24,000 nt of DNA from Thermococcus cleftensis (GTDB lineage: Archaea; Methanobacteriota_B; Thermococci; Thermococcales; Thermococcaceae): positions 632,322 through 656,321 of the forward strand of contig NC_018015.1 of NCBI RefSeq assembly GCF_000265525.1, read 5' to 3'. A program made the translations under genes and the position numbers. This document shows positions 8,975 to 17,233 of the stretch, one piece after another; positions within the stretch are counted from its first letter, which is position 1, and every line of letters starts with the position of its first letter. The notes under the pieces were generated by a model. The model saw nothing but the letters and a program-made list of their open reading frames with translations, searched no databases and was not told the origin of the DNA.

Positions 8975-9416
8975 CGTTATCGTAAACCTCATCGTTGAGA
9001 CTGAACTCACCGAATTCGCGGAGAAAGTCCTGGAGGATACTCCCCTCTTAACTTCCGAGACCGTCGTCGATGAGAGTGTGTACGTCATAATCCGCAAGCT
9101 GTTTTCTCTTAAAGGAGTGAAAAACCGTTTTGAGGTCAAGAAGCGCCTCCACACTCCCGAGGGACAGGAAGTCATCGATGAGGCCATAGAACTCGTCATG
9201 GGGCTGATTGAAGAGGTGGACGTTGCAATCCTCACGGACGCGGACGTCTACATAACGATTGCCACCATGAAGAAGTACTCCCTCCTCCCCCACGACGCGA
9301 GAATAGTGGCAACGATGCTCCAAAACGGAGTTAAACGTCTTGCTACATTTGACGATGACTTCAGGCCAATTCCCGGGCTGGTTCTCCTTCCGAAGGACTA
9401 CTGGGATTCAAGGTAA
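8934..9416 (+). CDS. vapC: PIN-domain ribonuclease (VapC-type toxin)
   Basis: The N-terminal FLDSSVIV carries the first acidic residue. Further conserved acidic positions occur in TSETVVDE, ILTDADV and the C-terminal LATFDDDF, along with LLPHDARIVATM. The start is uncertain: GTG 8934 or TTG 8943. Confidence 0.8.
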   Translation: MSTLRNTGTFLDSSVIVNLIVETELTEFAEKVLEDTPLLTSETVVDESVYVIIRKLFSLKGVKNRFEVKKRLHTPEGQEVIDEAIELVMGLIEEVDVAILTDADVYITIATMKKYSLLPHDARIVATMLQNGVKRLATFDDDFRPIPGLVLLPKDYWDSR

Positions 9417-9421
9417 GAAAG

Positions 9422-10039
9422 TTAAACAAGCGGCTTCCTCCTCACCGGGCCGCGCGGGTACTCCTCCTCGAAGACCTCTGCGGTAAAGCGGTAGACCTTC
9501 GTGTCCTCATCGAGCCAGCAGTCGGGAGGCAATCCTGCCTTCCAGCAGGTCTGAGCTAAAAACTCCTCCTCGTCCCAGCCCCACTCTATCGGCACCTGCG
9601 GGAGGAGCAGGCCGGAATAGATACCCTTCTCGATTATCAGACCGTCCCTGCCGACCTTTATCCTCCTCGGCCTCTCCTCGGGCGGCCCCTCTATGGGTTC
9701 TGGCGGTGTCAGGACGCTGACCTCCACCGTGAGGTCATCGAGTTCGCTCTCCCTTACCGGCGGGAAGCGCGGGTCGTCAACGGCCGCATAGATTGCCGCC
9801 TTTATCGTGGCCTCGACCAGCGGGTAAATCGGCAGCGGGAAGCCTATACAGCCCCTCAGGGCCATCTGGGGCGGTGCGCTGTGCCTGTTCAGCGTCACAA
9901 AGACGCCCATCTTCTCCCACAGCTCGGGAGGGGTATCCTCAGGAGGTTTTATCATCCTGCCGTTCCTGACGTACTCCTCAACGGCTTTTCTCGCAAGCCT
10001 GACGAGGAACTCACCCCATTCGTCCCTGATTCTGTACAT
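9422..10039 (-). CDS. AMMECR1-domain protein
   Basis: The hallmark LRGCIG motif is present in GVFVTLNRHSAPPQMALRGCIGFP, and the length is about 205 aa. ATG 10039 is preceded on the minus strand by GGGGGTGA. The track's GTG at 10048 is an alternative start. Confidence 0.88.
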   Translation of the reverse strand: MYRIRDEWGEFLVRLARKAVEEYVRNGRMIKPPEDTPPELWEKMGVFVTLNRHSAPPQMALRGCIGFPLPIYPLVEATIKAAIYAAVDDPRFPPVRESELDDLTVEVSVLTPPEPIEGPPEERPRRIKVGRDGLIIEKGIYSGLLLPQVPIEWGWDEEEFLAQTCWKAGLPPDCWLDEDTKVYRFTAEVFEEEYPRGPVRRKPLV

Positions 10040-10125
10040 CGTTCTCACCCCCTAGTTCCTACGGCGGGAGGAGTTATTTACCTTTCCCGCAAAGCTTAAA
10101 AAATTGCCGAAGGAAGTTAAGTCGG

Positions 10126-10437
10126 GTGTCGAAAGTGGTGATAGTGGAGTTCGTGATTGTTCCCCTCGGTGAGAAGAGCCTGAGCCGGTACGTAGCTGAG
10201 GTAGTAAAGCTTTTAGAGAGAAAGGGTGTTAAATACCAATTGACACCGATGGCAACGATAATAGAGGTTCCAACGGTGAGGGAAGCATTCGATATAATCG
10301 AGGAGGCGCACGAACTGGTATTCAAACTGGGCGCTTCACGGGTTTCAACAACCGTAAGGATCGACGACAGACGGGACAAGCGTGTCCACATGGAGGACAA
10401 GGTTAAATCCGTGATGGAGAAGGTGAGGGGTGGTTGA
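10126..10437 (+). CDS. MTH1187/YkoF-family (UPF0045) small ligand-binding protein
   Basis: VVIVEFVIVPLG...YQLTPMATIIE...STTVRIDDRRDK is collinear with MTH1187 as I recall it (MITAELTVIPLG...KIDDRRD). By alignment, GTG 10135 (MVIVEF...) is probably the real start. A TATA-like CTTAAAAAA lies at 10095-10103. Confidence 0.8.
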   Translation: MSKVVIVEFVIVPLGEKSLSRYVAEVVKLLERKGVKYQLTPMATIIEVPTVREAFDIIEEAHELVFKLGASRVSTTVRIDDRRDKRVHMEDKVKSVMEKVRGG

Positions 10438-11563
10438 GATTAGGGCACTGATTCTCGCCATAGACCGTGATGACGATTTCGGGCAGAAGGCGGGCGTGGA
10501 AGGTCCCGTCATCGGGAGGGAGGCCTGCATAGATGCAGCCCTCAAGCTCAGTCTGGCCGATCCGGAGGACAGCGACGCCAACGTTGCTTACGCCGCTGTC
10601 AAGCTTCACGACGAGCTCAGGGAGAGCGGGGAGTTTGAAGATGTCCAGGTTGCCCTGATAACCGGCCACCCCAAGGTGGGCGTCAAGAGCGACCTGGAGC
10701 TGGCCAGACAGCTGGAGGAGGTTTTGAAGGTCTTCCCTGCCGATGGGGTCATCACCGTCACCGATGGGGCAGAGGACGAGCAGATATTCCCGATAATAAC
10801 CTCGAAGGTGCCGATAATAAGCTCCCACCGCGTCGTGGTCAAGCAGAGCGAGGGCATAGAGACGACCTATTACATCATCTACCGCTACCTGAGGGAGATA
10901 CTCAGCGACCCGGAGGTTGCAAAGGTTGTGCTCGGAATCCCGGGAATGATACTCCTTCTCTACGGGATAGCACGCCTCATCGGCGTCTGGTATCCGGAGA
11001 GCGTTAAGATAATCTCCGCCACGATAACGGGAACGATACTGCTCTTCATCGGCGGTTACTTCTTCACCAAGGGCTTCCGCTTTAACATAAGGGAGACCGT
11101 GGCCAAGCAGTTCGTCTTCGTGATATCCCTGATAGCGGGAATGCTCATAATCGGCGGCGGCGCGATAAACGCCTACTTTCGGCTGGAGGAGTACTCGCTG
11201 GAGCTGATAGGCAGCTATCCCGGGACGCCCCTGCTGGCGATGCTGATATACATCAACGCCCTGAACTCGTCGCTCATACTGGGAATCGCGGTGATGATAA
11301 CGGGCAAGGTGATACAGTCCTACCTGAGGAAGGACCACCACATATGGTACTATGCCTCCACGCTCCTAATGATGCCGGCGATGTGGGTCACGATAGACCT
11401 CACCACCCGCTACGCGATGGCCATACTGACGCTCTCGGACATAGAGGTCTTCACGAAGCTCCTCGTGGCCCTGATCGACGTCGGGATAGCCGTGATGGCG
11501 GGAATATATCTAAGGGGAAAAGTTAGAGGATGGGAGAGAGTTGAGGCTGGAGCAGGCTCTTGA
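10430..11563 (+). CDS. DUF373-family integral membrane protein
   Basis: A ~150-aa soluble N-terminal domain (ILAIDRDDDFGQKAGVEGPVIGR...VTDGAEDEQIFPII) is followed by about 6-7 hydrophobic segments. GTG 10430 follows AGGTGAGGG and overlaps the upstream stop within GTGGTTGA. Confidence 0.8.
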   Translation: MVEIRALILAIDRDDDFGQKAGVEGPVIGREACIDAALKLSLADPEDSDANVAYAAVKLHDELRESGEFEDVQVALITGHPKVGVKSDLELARQLEEVLKVFPADGVITVTDGAEDEQIFPIITSKVPIISSHRVVVKQSEGIETTYYIIYRYLREILSDPEVAKVVLGIPGMILLLYGIARLIGVWYPESVKIISATITGTILLFIGGYFFTKGFRFNIRETVAKQFVFVISLIAGMLIIGGGAINAYFRLEEYSLELIGSYPGTPLLAMLIYINALNSSLILGIAVMITGKVIQSYLRKDHHIWYYASTLLMMPAMWVTIDLTTRYAMAILTLSDIEVFTKLLVALIDVGIAVMAGIYLRGKVRGWERVEAGAGS

Positions 11564-12599
11564 AGAATATGAGAAAAAGAAGGAAAGGGCCGAAAGAGTG
11601 GTCGAGAAGGTCAGGCGGAAGTACGAGAAAAGGCTCGAAAAGAGACTGAAGGAAATCCTCAAGAAAATAGACGAGCTGGAGCGGAGAAAAATCCCCAGGA
11701 ACGTCGACGAGAAAGTGCGCAAGATAGTTACCGCAGAAAGGAGGAACTACGTAACCTCCCTGAGGAACGCGCTGGCGAGCATCGAGAGCATGGAGGACCT
11801 CGGGAAGCGCCTTCCCGACCTGGCAAAGCTCCACGTGGGGCACGGCAAGTACCTGATTCTCCTCTTCGAGAAGGACGTTTACGCCATCAACCGCCTTCTA
11901 AAGGAGCTCAACGAGGACTACCTCAGCTACTACCGCGAGCTTGAGAAGGCAGAGCTTCCAGAGCTGGGGATACGGGGACTCCTCGAAGAGATGGAAGAGA
12001 TCAAGAAGGCCATAGCCGAGGGGGAGGCCGAGAGACAGGGACTCGTTGAACGGCTCAGGGAGCTTGAGGGAGAGCTCGAGGGGCTGTACAGGGAACTCGG
12101 ACTGGACGAGCTGGACGAGAGAATAAGCACCCTCTCGAGCAGGATAAGAAGCGAGGAGATGGAACTCCGGTCGAAGGCCTCGAAACTCCAGAAGCCCGTG
12201 AGGAGAATGCGCCTCGGCGGTTTTGCGGACGAGTTCGCCAGGGACAGCTCGGTCGTCCTGCGGGAGCCGGAGAAAACCCTCTCGCTGCTTCAAAAGGTCT
12301 ACCCCCGCCTCGAGGGCAAGTACCGGAAGACCGCCCGGTGGCTGGTGGAAAACCTCGAAGAGAAGGTAGGAGCAATCGAGGAGGACAGGGAACTGCTCGA
12401 AGAGCTGGAAGCTGAAAGGGAAAAGCTCATCGAAGATGTCAGAACCAGGGAGAACGAAATCAGGGAACTGGAGAGGCTCATCGAGGAGAAAGAAGCCGAA
12501 CTGAAAAAGCTCAGGAACAGGCTGGAGCACCTGGAGAAGGGGTTCGAGGAGAGCATCGCAAAGCTCGAGGGAATCCTCGGAACCAAAATCGAGCGATAG
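11541..12599 (+). CDS. Coiled-coil hypothetical protein (352 aa, E/K/R/L-rich)
   Basis: Long heptad-like, charge-rich sequence at both ends (EKKKERAERVVEKVRRKYEKRLEKRLKE...; EELEAEREKLIEDVRTRENEIRELERLIEEKEAELKKLRNRLEHLEK). The start is TTG, overlapping the DUF373 gene end by 23 nt. The first in-frame ATG is far downstream. No enzymatic motif is seen. Confidence 0.65.
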   Translation: MRLEQALEEYEKKKERAERVVEKVRRKYEKRLEKRLKEILKKIDELERRKIPRNVDEKVRKIVTAERRNYVTSLRNALASIESMEDLGKRLPDLAKLHVGHGKYLILLFEKDVYAINRLLKELNEDYLSYYRELEKAELPELGIRGLLEEMEEIKKAIAEGEAERQGLVERLRELEGELEGLYRELGLDELDERISTLSSRIRSEEMELRSKASKLQKPVRRMRLGGFADEFARDSSVVLREPEKTLSLLQKVYPRLEGKYRKTARWLVENLEEKVGAIEEDRELLEELEAEREKLIEDVRTRENEIRELERLIEEKEAELKKLRNRLEHLEKGFEESIAKLEGILGTKIER

Positions 12600-12639
12600 G
12601 TTTATGAGTTAGGCTCCCCTAATTCTTCCGGTGGTGAGC

Positions 12640-13485
12640 ATGTTCAAGGTGGACAGGCTTCGCTTTGGCACGGCCGGAATACCCCTCTCAACGCCGAAAC
12701 GCTCAACCATCGACGGCATAGTCCACGTGAGGAACCTCGGGCTGGACGCTATGGAGCTGGAATTCGTCAGGGGAGTGAACCTCAAGCCAGAGCTGGCGAA
12801 GAAGATCAAGTACGTGGCAAGGAAGCACGACGTCCTCCTAACGGCCCACGCGCCCTACTACATCAACCTGAACGCGAAGGAGAGGGAAAAGGTCGAGGCG
12901 AGCAAGAGGAGGATAATCCAGAGCGCCGAGAGGCTCTACGATGCCGGCGGCTGGAGCGTGGTATTTCATGCGGGCTACTACCTCAAGCAGGACCCGGCGA
13001 AGGTCTACGGCAGGATAAGGGACGAGCTGAAGGCGATAGAGCGCGAGCTGATGGACCGGGGCGTCAAGGTCTGGCTCAGGCCCGAGCTTACAGGGAAGCC
13101 AACCCAGTTCGGAGACCTGAAGGAACTCGTGAAGCTCAGCGAGGAGCTTGAGACGGTTCTGCCAACGATAGACTTCGCGCACGCGCACGCGAGGAACGCA
13201 GGCAGGTGCAACACCGTCGAAGAGTGGCGCGAGATGCTGGGCTTTATGGAGGACAGGCTCGGTAGGGAGGCACTCGACAACATGCACATCCACATAAGCG
13301 GCATAAACTACACCGCAAAGGGCGAAAGGAACCACCTTAACCTTCAGGAGAGCGACATGAACTGGGAGGACCTGCTCAGGGTTCTCAAGGAGTTCCGCGT
13401 TAAGGGCGTCGTCATAAGCGAGAGCCCAAACATTGAAGGCGATGCACTCCTGATGAAGAAAAAGTACGAGGAGATAAAGGTCTAG
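12640..13485 (+). CDS. nfo: Endonuclease IV (AP endonuclease family 2, TIM barrel)
   Basis: The metal-ligand blocks are collinear with E. coli Nfo: HAPYYINL (HDSYLINL), VVFHAGY (LNFHPGS), RPELTGK (IENTAG), IDFAHAHA (IDTCHAFA), MHIHISG (MHLND), ERNHLNL (DRHHSLG) and VISESP (LILET). ATG 12640 follows GGTGGTGA. Confidence 0.85.
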   Translation: MFKVDRLRFGTAGIPLSTPKRSTIDGIVHVRNLGLDAMELEFVRGVNLKPELAKKIKYVARKHDVLLTAHAPYYINLNAKEREKVEASKRRIIQSAERLYDAGGWSVVFHAGYYLKQDPAKVYGRIRDELKAIERELMDRGVKVWLRPELTGKPTQFGDLKELVKLSEELETVLPTIDFAHAHARNAGRCNTVEEWREMLGFMEDRLGREALDNMHIHISGINYTAKGERNHLNLQESDMNWEDLLRVLKEFRVKGVVISESPNIEGDALLMKKKYEEIKV

Positions 13486-14525
13486 GCCTTTCCAGCTCTT
13501 CCGTACCTCTCCATTATACCAAGAAATTTCTCGACCGGTAACGCGTACCTTACGTGTCCGTTGCCCTCTAAAGTTTTCGCCTGGAGGAGCGCGTTGATTA
13601 TAGCCTCCTCCGTTGCCTCGGCCGCCGCTCTAAAGAGCCGGCTCAGAGCGTTGTCCGGCAGGAAGCTGAGTAGATGAGCTTCCTTATCCAGAGGGACGGT
13701 CTGGGCGGTGGAGAAGGCCAGCACCACGTCACCGCTCCCGTGGTAGGCGTAGCCGCCGGTTCTTGCAAGGCCAACTACTGCCCTCTTCGCGAGCCTCCCG
13801 AGCTGCCTCGCGGTCAAAGGCGCGTCCGTGGCAACGACGATGGAGATGCTCCCCCTTCCAGAGGTCCCCCTGCCCGGGTAGTCCCTCAGCTCGAGCCCGA
13901 CCGGAACGCCGGCCACCGTCAGGTCCTCCCGCCTCCCAAAGTTCGCCAGGACGAGCGAGGCGACGGTGTACTCCTCCCCGCCGATTTCCACCACCCGCGA
14001 GGAGGAGCCTATTCCGCCCTTGAACTCGAAGGCGCTCATTCCCGTCCCAGCTCCGACCGAACCCTCCTCAAAGTCGAGTTTGGCCCTTTTGACGGCCTCG
14101 GAATAGTGCTCCTCTTTAACGGCGAGCTTCCTTATGTTGTTCAGGTAGGAGTCGTTGCACTCCATAACTACCGGAGAAACGCTCCTCAGCTCCGGGTTCA
14201 GCTTGATCATGTGCTTGACCATCGCGTTTGCCACGGTGTAAACGCTCAGGGTGTTTGTTAGAGCTATCGGCGTCTCAATGTAGCCGAGCTCCTCCACCTG
14301 GATAAAACCGATGGGCTTTGAGAAGCCGTTCATGACGAAAGTTGAAGCAAAGAGCCTCTCCCTGTAGGGGTTCTTGACGGGGGGAAGCAGAACGGTAACG
14401 CCGGTCCTAACGTCTTCCCCCTCGATTATCGTCGAGTGGCCGACTCTAACGCCCAAGTCCGCCATTGAGTTCCTCTTTCCGTGAGGGTGAAGTCCGATCT
14501 CTATTCCCAGCTCGGGGGCCTTCAT
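13482..14525 (-). CDS. DmpA/peptidase S58 (P1) family aminopeptidase-like protein
   Basis: The family-typical layout is present: GVRVGH...GVTVLLPP..., GSVGAGTGM, a GSISIVVATDAPL block (putative self-processing nucleophile region) and GLARTGGYAYHGSGD. ATG 14525 is preceded by GGTGGT. The track ORF extends to 14573. Confidence 0.8.
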   Translation of the reverse strand: MKAPELGIEIGLHPHGKRNSMADLGVRVGHSTIIEGEDVRTGVTVLLPPVKNPYRERLFASTFVMNGFSKPIGFIQVEELGYIETPIALTNTLSVYTVANAMVKHMIKLNPELRSVSPVVMECNDSYLNNIRKLAVKEEHYSEAVKRAKLDFEEGSVGAGTGMSAFEFKGGIGSSSRVVEIGGEEYTVASLVLANFGRREDLTVAGVPVGLELRDYPGRGTSGRGSISIVVATDAPLTARQLGRLAKRAVVGLARTGGYAYHGSGDVVLAFSTAQTVPLDKEAHLLSFLPDNALSRLFRAAAEATEEAIINALLQAKTLEGNGHVRYALPVEKFLGIMERYGRAGKA

Positions 14526-14580
14526 GGTACCACCGCAGTGATTTGGGCGTGAGAACTTAACAATTTTGTTCAATCAACCC

Positions 14581-14587
14581 TTATAAA
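14581..14587. promoter_or_regulatory. Near-palindromic TATA box (TTATAAA) shared by the divergent peptidase and ABC-transporter genes
   Basis: The box is centred about 26 nt upstream of ATG 14610, implying a leaderless ABC operon. It lies about 59 nt upstream of ATG 14525 on the other strand, which would give an SD-containing leader. Confidence 0.45.
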
Positions 14588-14609
14588 CCCCCAAAACCGA
14601 GTTTTGCCC

Positions 14610-16235
14610 ATGAGGGTGAAGCCTTCGAAGCTCTTCCTGCTAATTCCTCTGGCGTTCCTGCTGGTCTTCTTCTACGTTCCCCTAGCGAGCATACTAAAAA
14701 CGGCTCTGTGGGAAAACGGATTCACGCTCAGGCACATCTCGGCCGTCCTGGCAAACGACTACCACAGGAGAGTCATCGTCTTCACGATAGGACAGGCAAT
14801 AGCTTCAACCCTGCTGACGCTCGCCCTCGGCCTCCCCGGGGCGTACATCTTCGCCAGGTACGACTTCCCCGGGAAGAGGGTCATAAAGGCCGTCCTGACG
14901 GTTCCCTTCGTCATGCCCAGCGTGATGGTCGCCCTGGGGTACATTCTCCTATTCGGGAAGAGCGGGATAATCACGGGACTCATCGGCCGCGACCCCGGAA
15001 TCCTCTACTCCTGGAAGGGAATCCTCCTCGCCCATGCCTTCTACAACTTCCCGATAGTTATACGCATGGTCTCGTCGCTGTGGCAGAGAATAAACCCCCA
15101 CTACGAGGAGGCGGCGATGGCCCTGGGGGCGAGGGGCTGGACGCTCTTCCGCAAGGTTACCCTGCCGATGATATCCCCGGCGATTTTTGCCTCGGCGATG
15201 CTCACCTTCGTGTTCTGCTTCCTGAGCTTCTCCATACCCCTTATCATAGGCGGCTACCGCTACGCCACCATAGAGGTGGACATCTTCACCTCGATAATGG
15301 TCCTCCTCGACTTCAAGACCGGCTCGGCGCTGGCCATAATCCAGATACTCCTCAGCATGGGCTTCATGTACCTCTACCTGAGGGCACTCGACAGCTACGC
15401 CAAGCGCGAGGAGCAGAGGGTTTTCAGGAGGCCGGTTCCCTTCACGAGGCGCGACTGGCTGAGCGTCAAGGGACTGCTCGTTGGAGTCTACTCCCTAATC
15501 GTCTTCGTCTTCATAGTCTCCCCCCTCCTGGCCGTTCTCTACGACTCCCTGCGCTTCAGCGGTCAGTGGAGCCTGGAGTGGTACAGGAGGATATTCTCAA
15601 CCGAGTACAACCCGATGTTCGGAGCGACAACGCTCGACGCGATAAGGAACTCCCTGACCTTCGGCCTCGCCACTGTAGTCCTCTCGGTTCTCGTGGCGTT
15701 GCCGATAGCCTACGCCCTCCACCGCTGGAACTTCAGGGGAAAAAGGCTCTTCGACGTTCTGGTAATGCTCCCGCTGGCGAGTTCAGCCATAACCCTCGGT
15801 CTGGGATACATAAGGGTCTTCCACACCACGCCCCTGTACTTCACCGCCTGGATAATCATCGCTGCCCACACAGTGATAGCGTATCCCTTCGTCCTCCGCG
15901 CCGTTTCCACGAGCCTGAAGAAGATAAGGCCCAACCTCTTCGAGGCGGCGCTGAGCCTGGGAGCCAGGGAGTGGAAGGCCTTCCTGAGGGTGGAGCTTCC
16001 GCTGGCACTCGGTGGAGTCATCGTCGGTGCGATATTCGCCTTCGCCATGAGCATAGCCGAGCTGGGGGCGACCTACATGCTGGCAAAACCTGAATACACC
16101 ACCATGACGGTGGCGATATACAAGTTCCTCGGGGCGAGGCAGTTCGGTTCAGCCTCCGCCCTGGCGGTTCTCCTGATGGCCGTCTCAACTCTGGCCTTCA
16201 TGGTGATAGAAAGGGTTGGTGAGGAAGTATGGTGA
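14610..16235 (+). CDS. ABC importer permease, fused two-domain FbpB/ThiP type (iron(III)/thiamine-class)
   Basis: Two homologous halves each contain about 6 TM segments and an EAA loop (EEAAMALGARGWTLFRKVTLP and FEAALSLGAREWKAFLRVELP). The first ATG is at 14610; the track's TTG is at 14604. Confidence 0.88.
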   Translation: MRVKPSKLFLLIPLAFLLVFFYVPLASILKTALWENGFTLRHISAVLANDYHRRVIVFTIGQAIASTLLTLALGLPGAYIFARYDFPGKRVIKAVLTVPFVMPSVMVALGYILLFGKSGIITGLIGRDPGILYSWKGILLAHAFYNFPIVIRMVSSLWQRINPHYEEAAMALGARGWTLFRKVTLPMISPAIFASAMLTFVFCFLSFSIPLIIGGYRYATIEVDIFTSIMVLLDFKTGSALAIIQILLSMGFMYLYLRALDSYAKREEQRVFRRPVPFTRRDWLSVKGLLVGVYSLIVFVFIVSPLLAVLYDSLRFSGQWSLEWYRRIFSTEYNPMFGATTLDAIRNSLTFGLATVVLSVLVALPIAYALHRWNFRGKRLFDVLVMLPLASSAITLGLGYIRVFHTTPLYFTAWIIIAAHTVIAYPFVLRAVSTSLKKIRPNLFEAALSLGAREWKAFLRVELPLALGGVIVGAIFAFAMSIAELGATYMLAKPEYTTMTVAIYKFLGARQFGSASALAVLLMAVSTLAFMVIERVGEEVW

Positions 16236-17233
16236 GGGTAGAGCTAAGGGGAGTGGTCAAGGAGTGGGAGGATTTTCGGCTTGAGATAGGCGAGTTGAAA
16301 GTCAGGGACGGCGAGTTCCTCACGCTCCTCGGTCCGAGCGGCTGCGGAAAGACTACAACGCTCAGAATGATAGCGGGCTTTGAAAAGCCTGACAGGGGGG
16401 AGATACTCTTCGACGGAAGGCGGGTGAACGGGTTACCCCCCTACGAGCGCGGGATAGGCATAGTCTTCCAGGACTACGCGCTGTTCCCCCACATGACGGC
16501 CTTCAAGAACGTTGCCTTCGGGCTGGAGATGAAAAAGCTCCCGAAGGCCGAGATTGAAAGAAAGGTGAGATGGGCGCTCCGGCTGGTCGGTCTGGAGGGG
16601 CTTGAAAACCGCTATCCGGAGCAGCTGAGCGGCGGCCAGCAGCAGCGCGTGGCCCTCGCGAGGGCACTCGTTGTGGAGCCGGACGTTCTGCTCCTCGACG
16701 AGCCGCTCAGCAACCTCGACGCGAAGATAAGGGAGAGGCTTAGAGGGGAGATAAAGAGAATCCAGCGCGAGCTTGGAATAACGACGATATACGTCACCCA
16801 CGACCAGGAGGAGGCGATGGCGGTAAGCGACAGGATAGCGGTGATGAACGTCGGAAGGATAGAGCAGGTCGGAAAGCCGCTGGAGCTCTACTACCGTCCA
16901 AAGACGGAGTTCGTGGCGCGCTTCCTTGGCCTGAGCAACATACTGGAGCTCGAAGCGGAGAACGGAATGGCCTGCCTCGGAGGGCTGTGCTTCGACGTGG
17001 GGAGGGAAGGAAAGGTCAGGGTCTTCTTCCGGCCCGAGAGTGTCCACATAAAACCCGGCGACGCGGCGGAGGTTCTCGACTACGAACTCCTTCCCGGCAG
17101 GATAAGGCTGAGGCTCGGGATTGGAGATAAGGTAATCCTCGCGGAGCGCTTCCTGGACGAGATTCCCTTCGATGTCGAGGAGATGCCGGAGAGGGTTGGC
17201 ATTGAGGTGAGGAGCTTCTCGGTGCTGGGGTGA
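16229..17233 (+). CDS. ABC transporter ATP-binding protein (FbpC/PotA/CysA-like, with a C-terminal regulatory/OB domain)
   Basis: Walker A GPSGCGKTT, Q-loop, signature LSGGQQQRVALARAL, Walker B LLLDEPLSNLD and H-loop YVTHDQ are present. The ATG overlaps the permease stop (ATGGTGA). Confidence 0.92.
   Translation: MVRVELRGVVKEWEDFRLEIGELKVRDGEFLTLLGPSGCGKTTTLRMIAGFEKPDRGEILFDGRRVNGLPPYERGIGIVFQDYALFPHMTAFKNVAFGLEMKKLPKAEIERKVRWALRLVGLEGLENRYPEQLSGGQQQRVALARALVVEPDVLLLDEPLSNLDAKIRERLRGEIKRIQRELGITTIYVTHDQEEAMAVSDRIAVMNVGRIEQVGKPLELYYRPKTEFVARFLGLSNILELEAENGMACLGGLCFDVGREGKVRVFFRPESVHIKPGDAAEVLDYELLPGRIRLRLGIGDKVILAERFLDEIPFDVEEMPERVGIEVRSFSVLG

Noticed and set aside
10403-11341. 312-aa ORF antisense to the DUF373 gene
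   Set aside because: It has no motifs and a biased composition (Y/R/H/Q/L). It is fully contained within a well-supported sense gene. Long antisense ORFs are expected at this GC content.
11898-12530. 210-aa ORF (and other shorter ones) antisense to or off-frame within the coiled-coil gene
   Set aside because: GAG/AAG/CTC-rich coiled-coil coding sequence is open in several frames. Only the sense frame gives a heptad-like charged sequence and is coupled to the upstream gene.
13482-13485. Convergent endonuclease IV and DmpA-like genes share a palindromic CTAG, so their stop codons (TAG on each strand) overlap by 4 nt
   Set aside because: The observation is real, but it is a trivial consequence of compact gene packing. 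No regulatory meaning can be inferred.
14708-16093. 461-aa alternative-frame ORF on the same strand inside the ABC permease gene
   Set aside because: The product is an R/P/G/H-rich low-complexity string typical of off-frame translation of GC-rich genes. The in-frame permease has clear TM segments and EAA loops.
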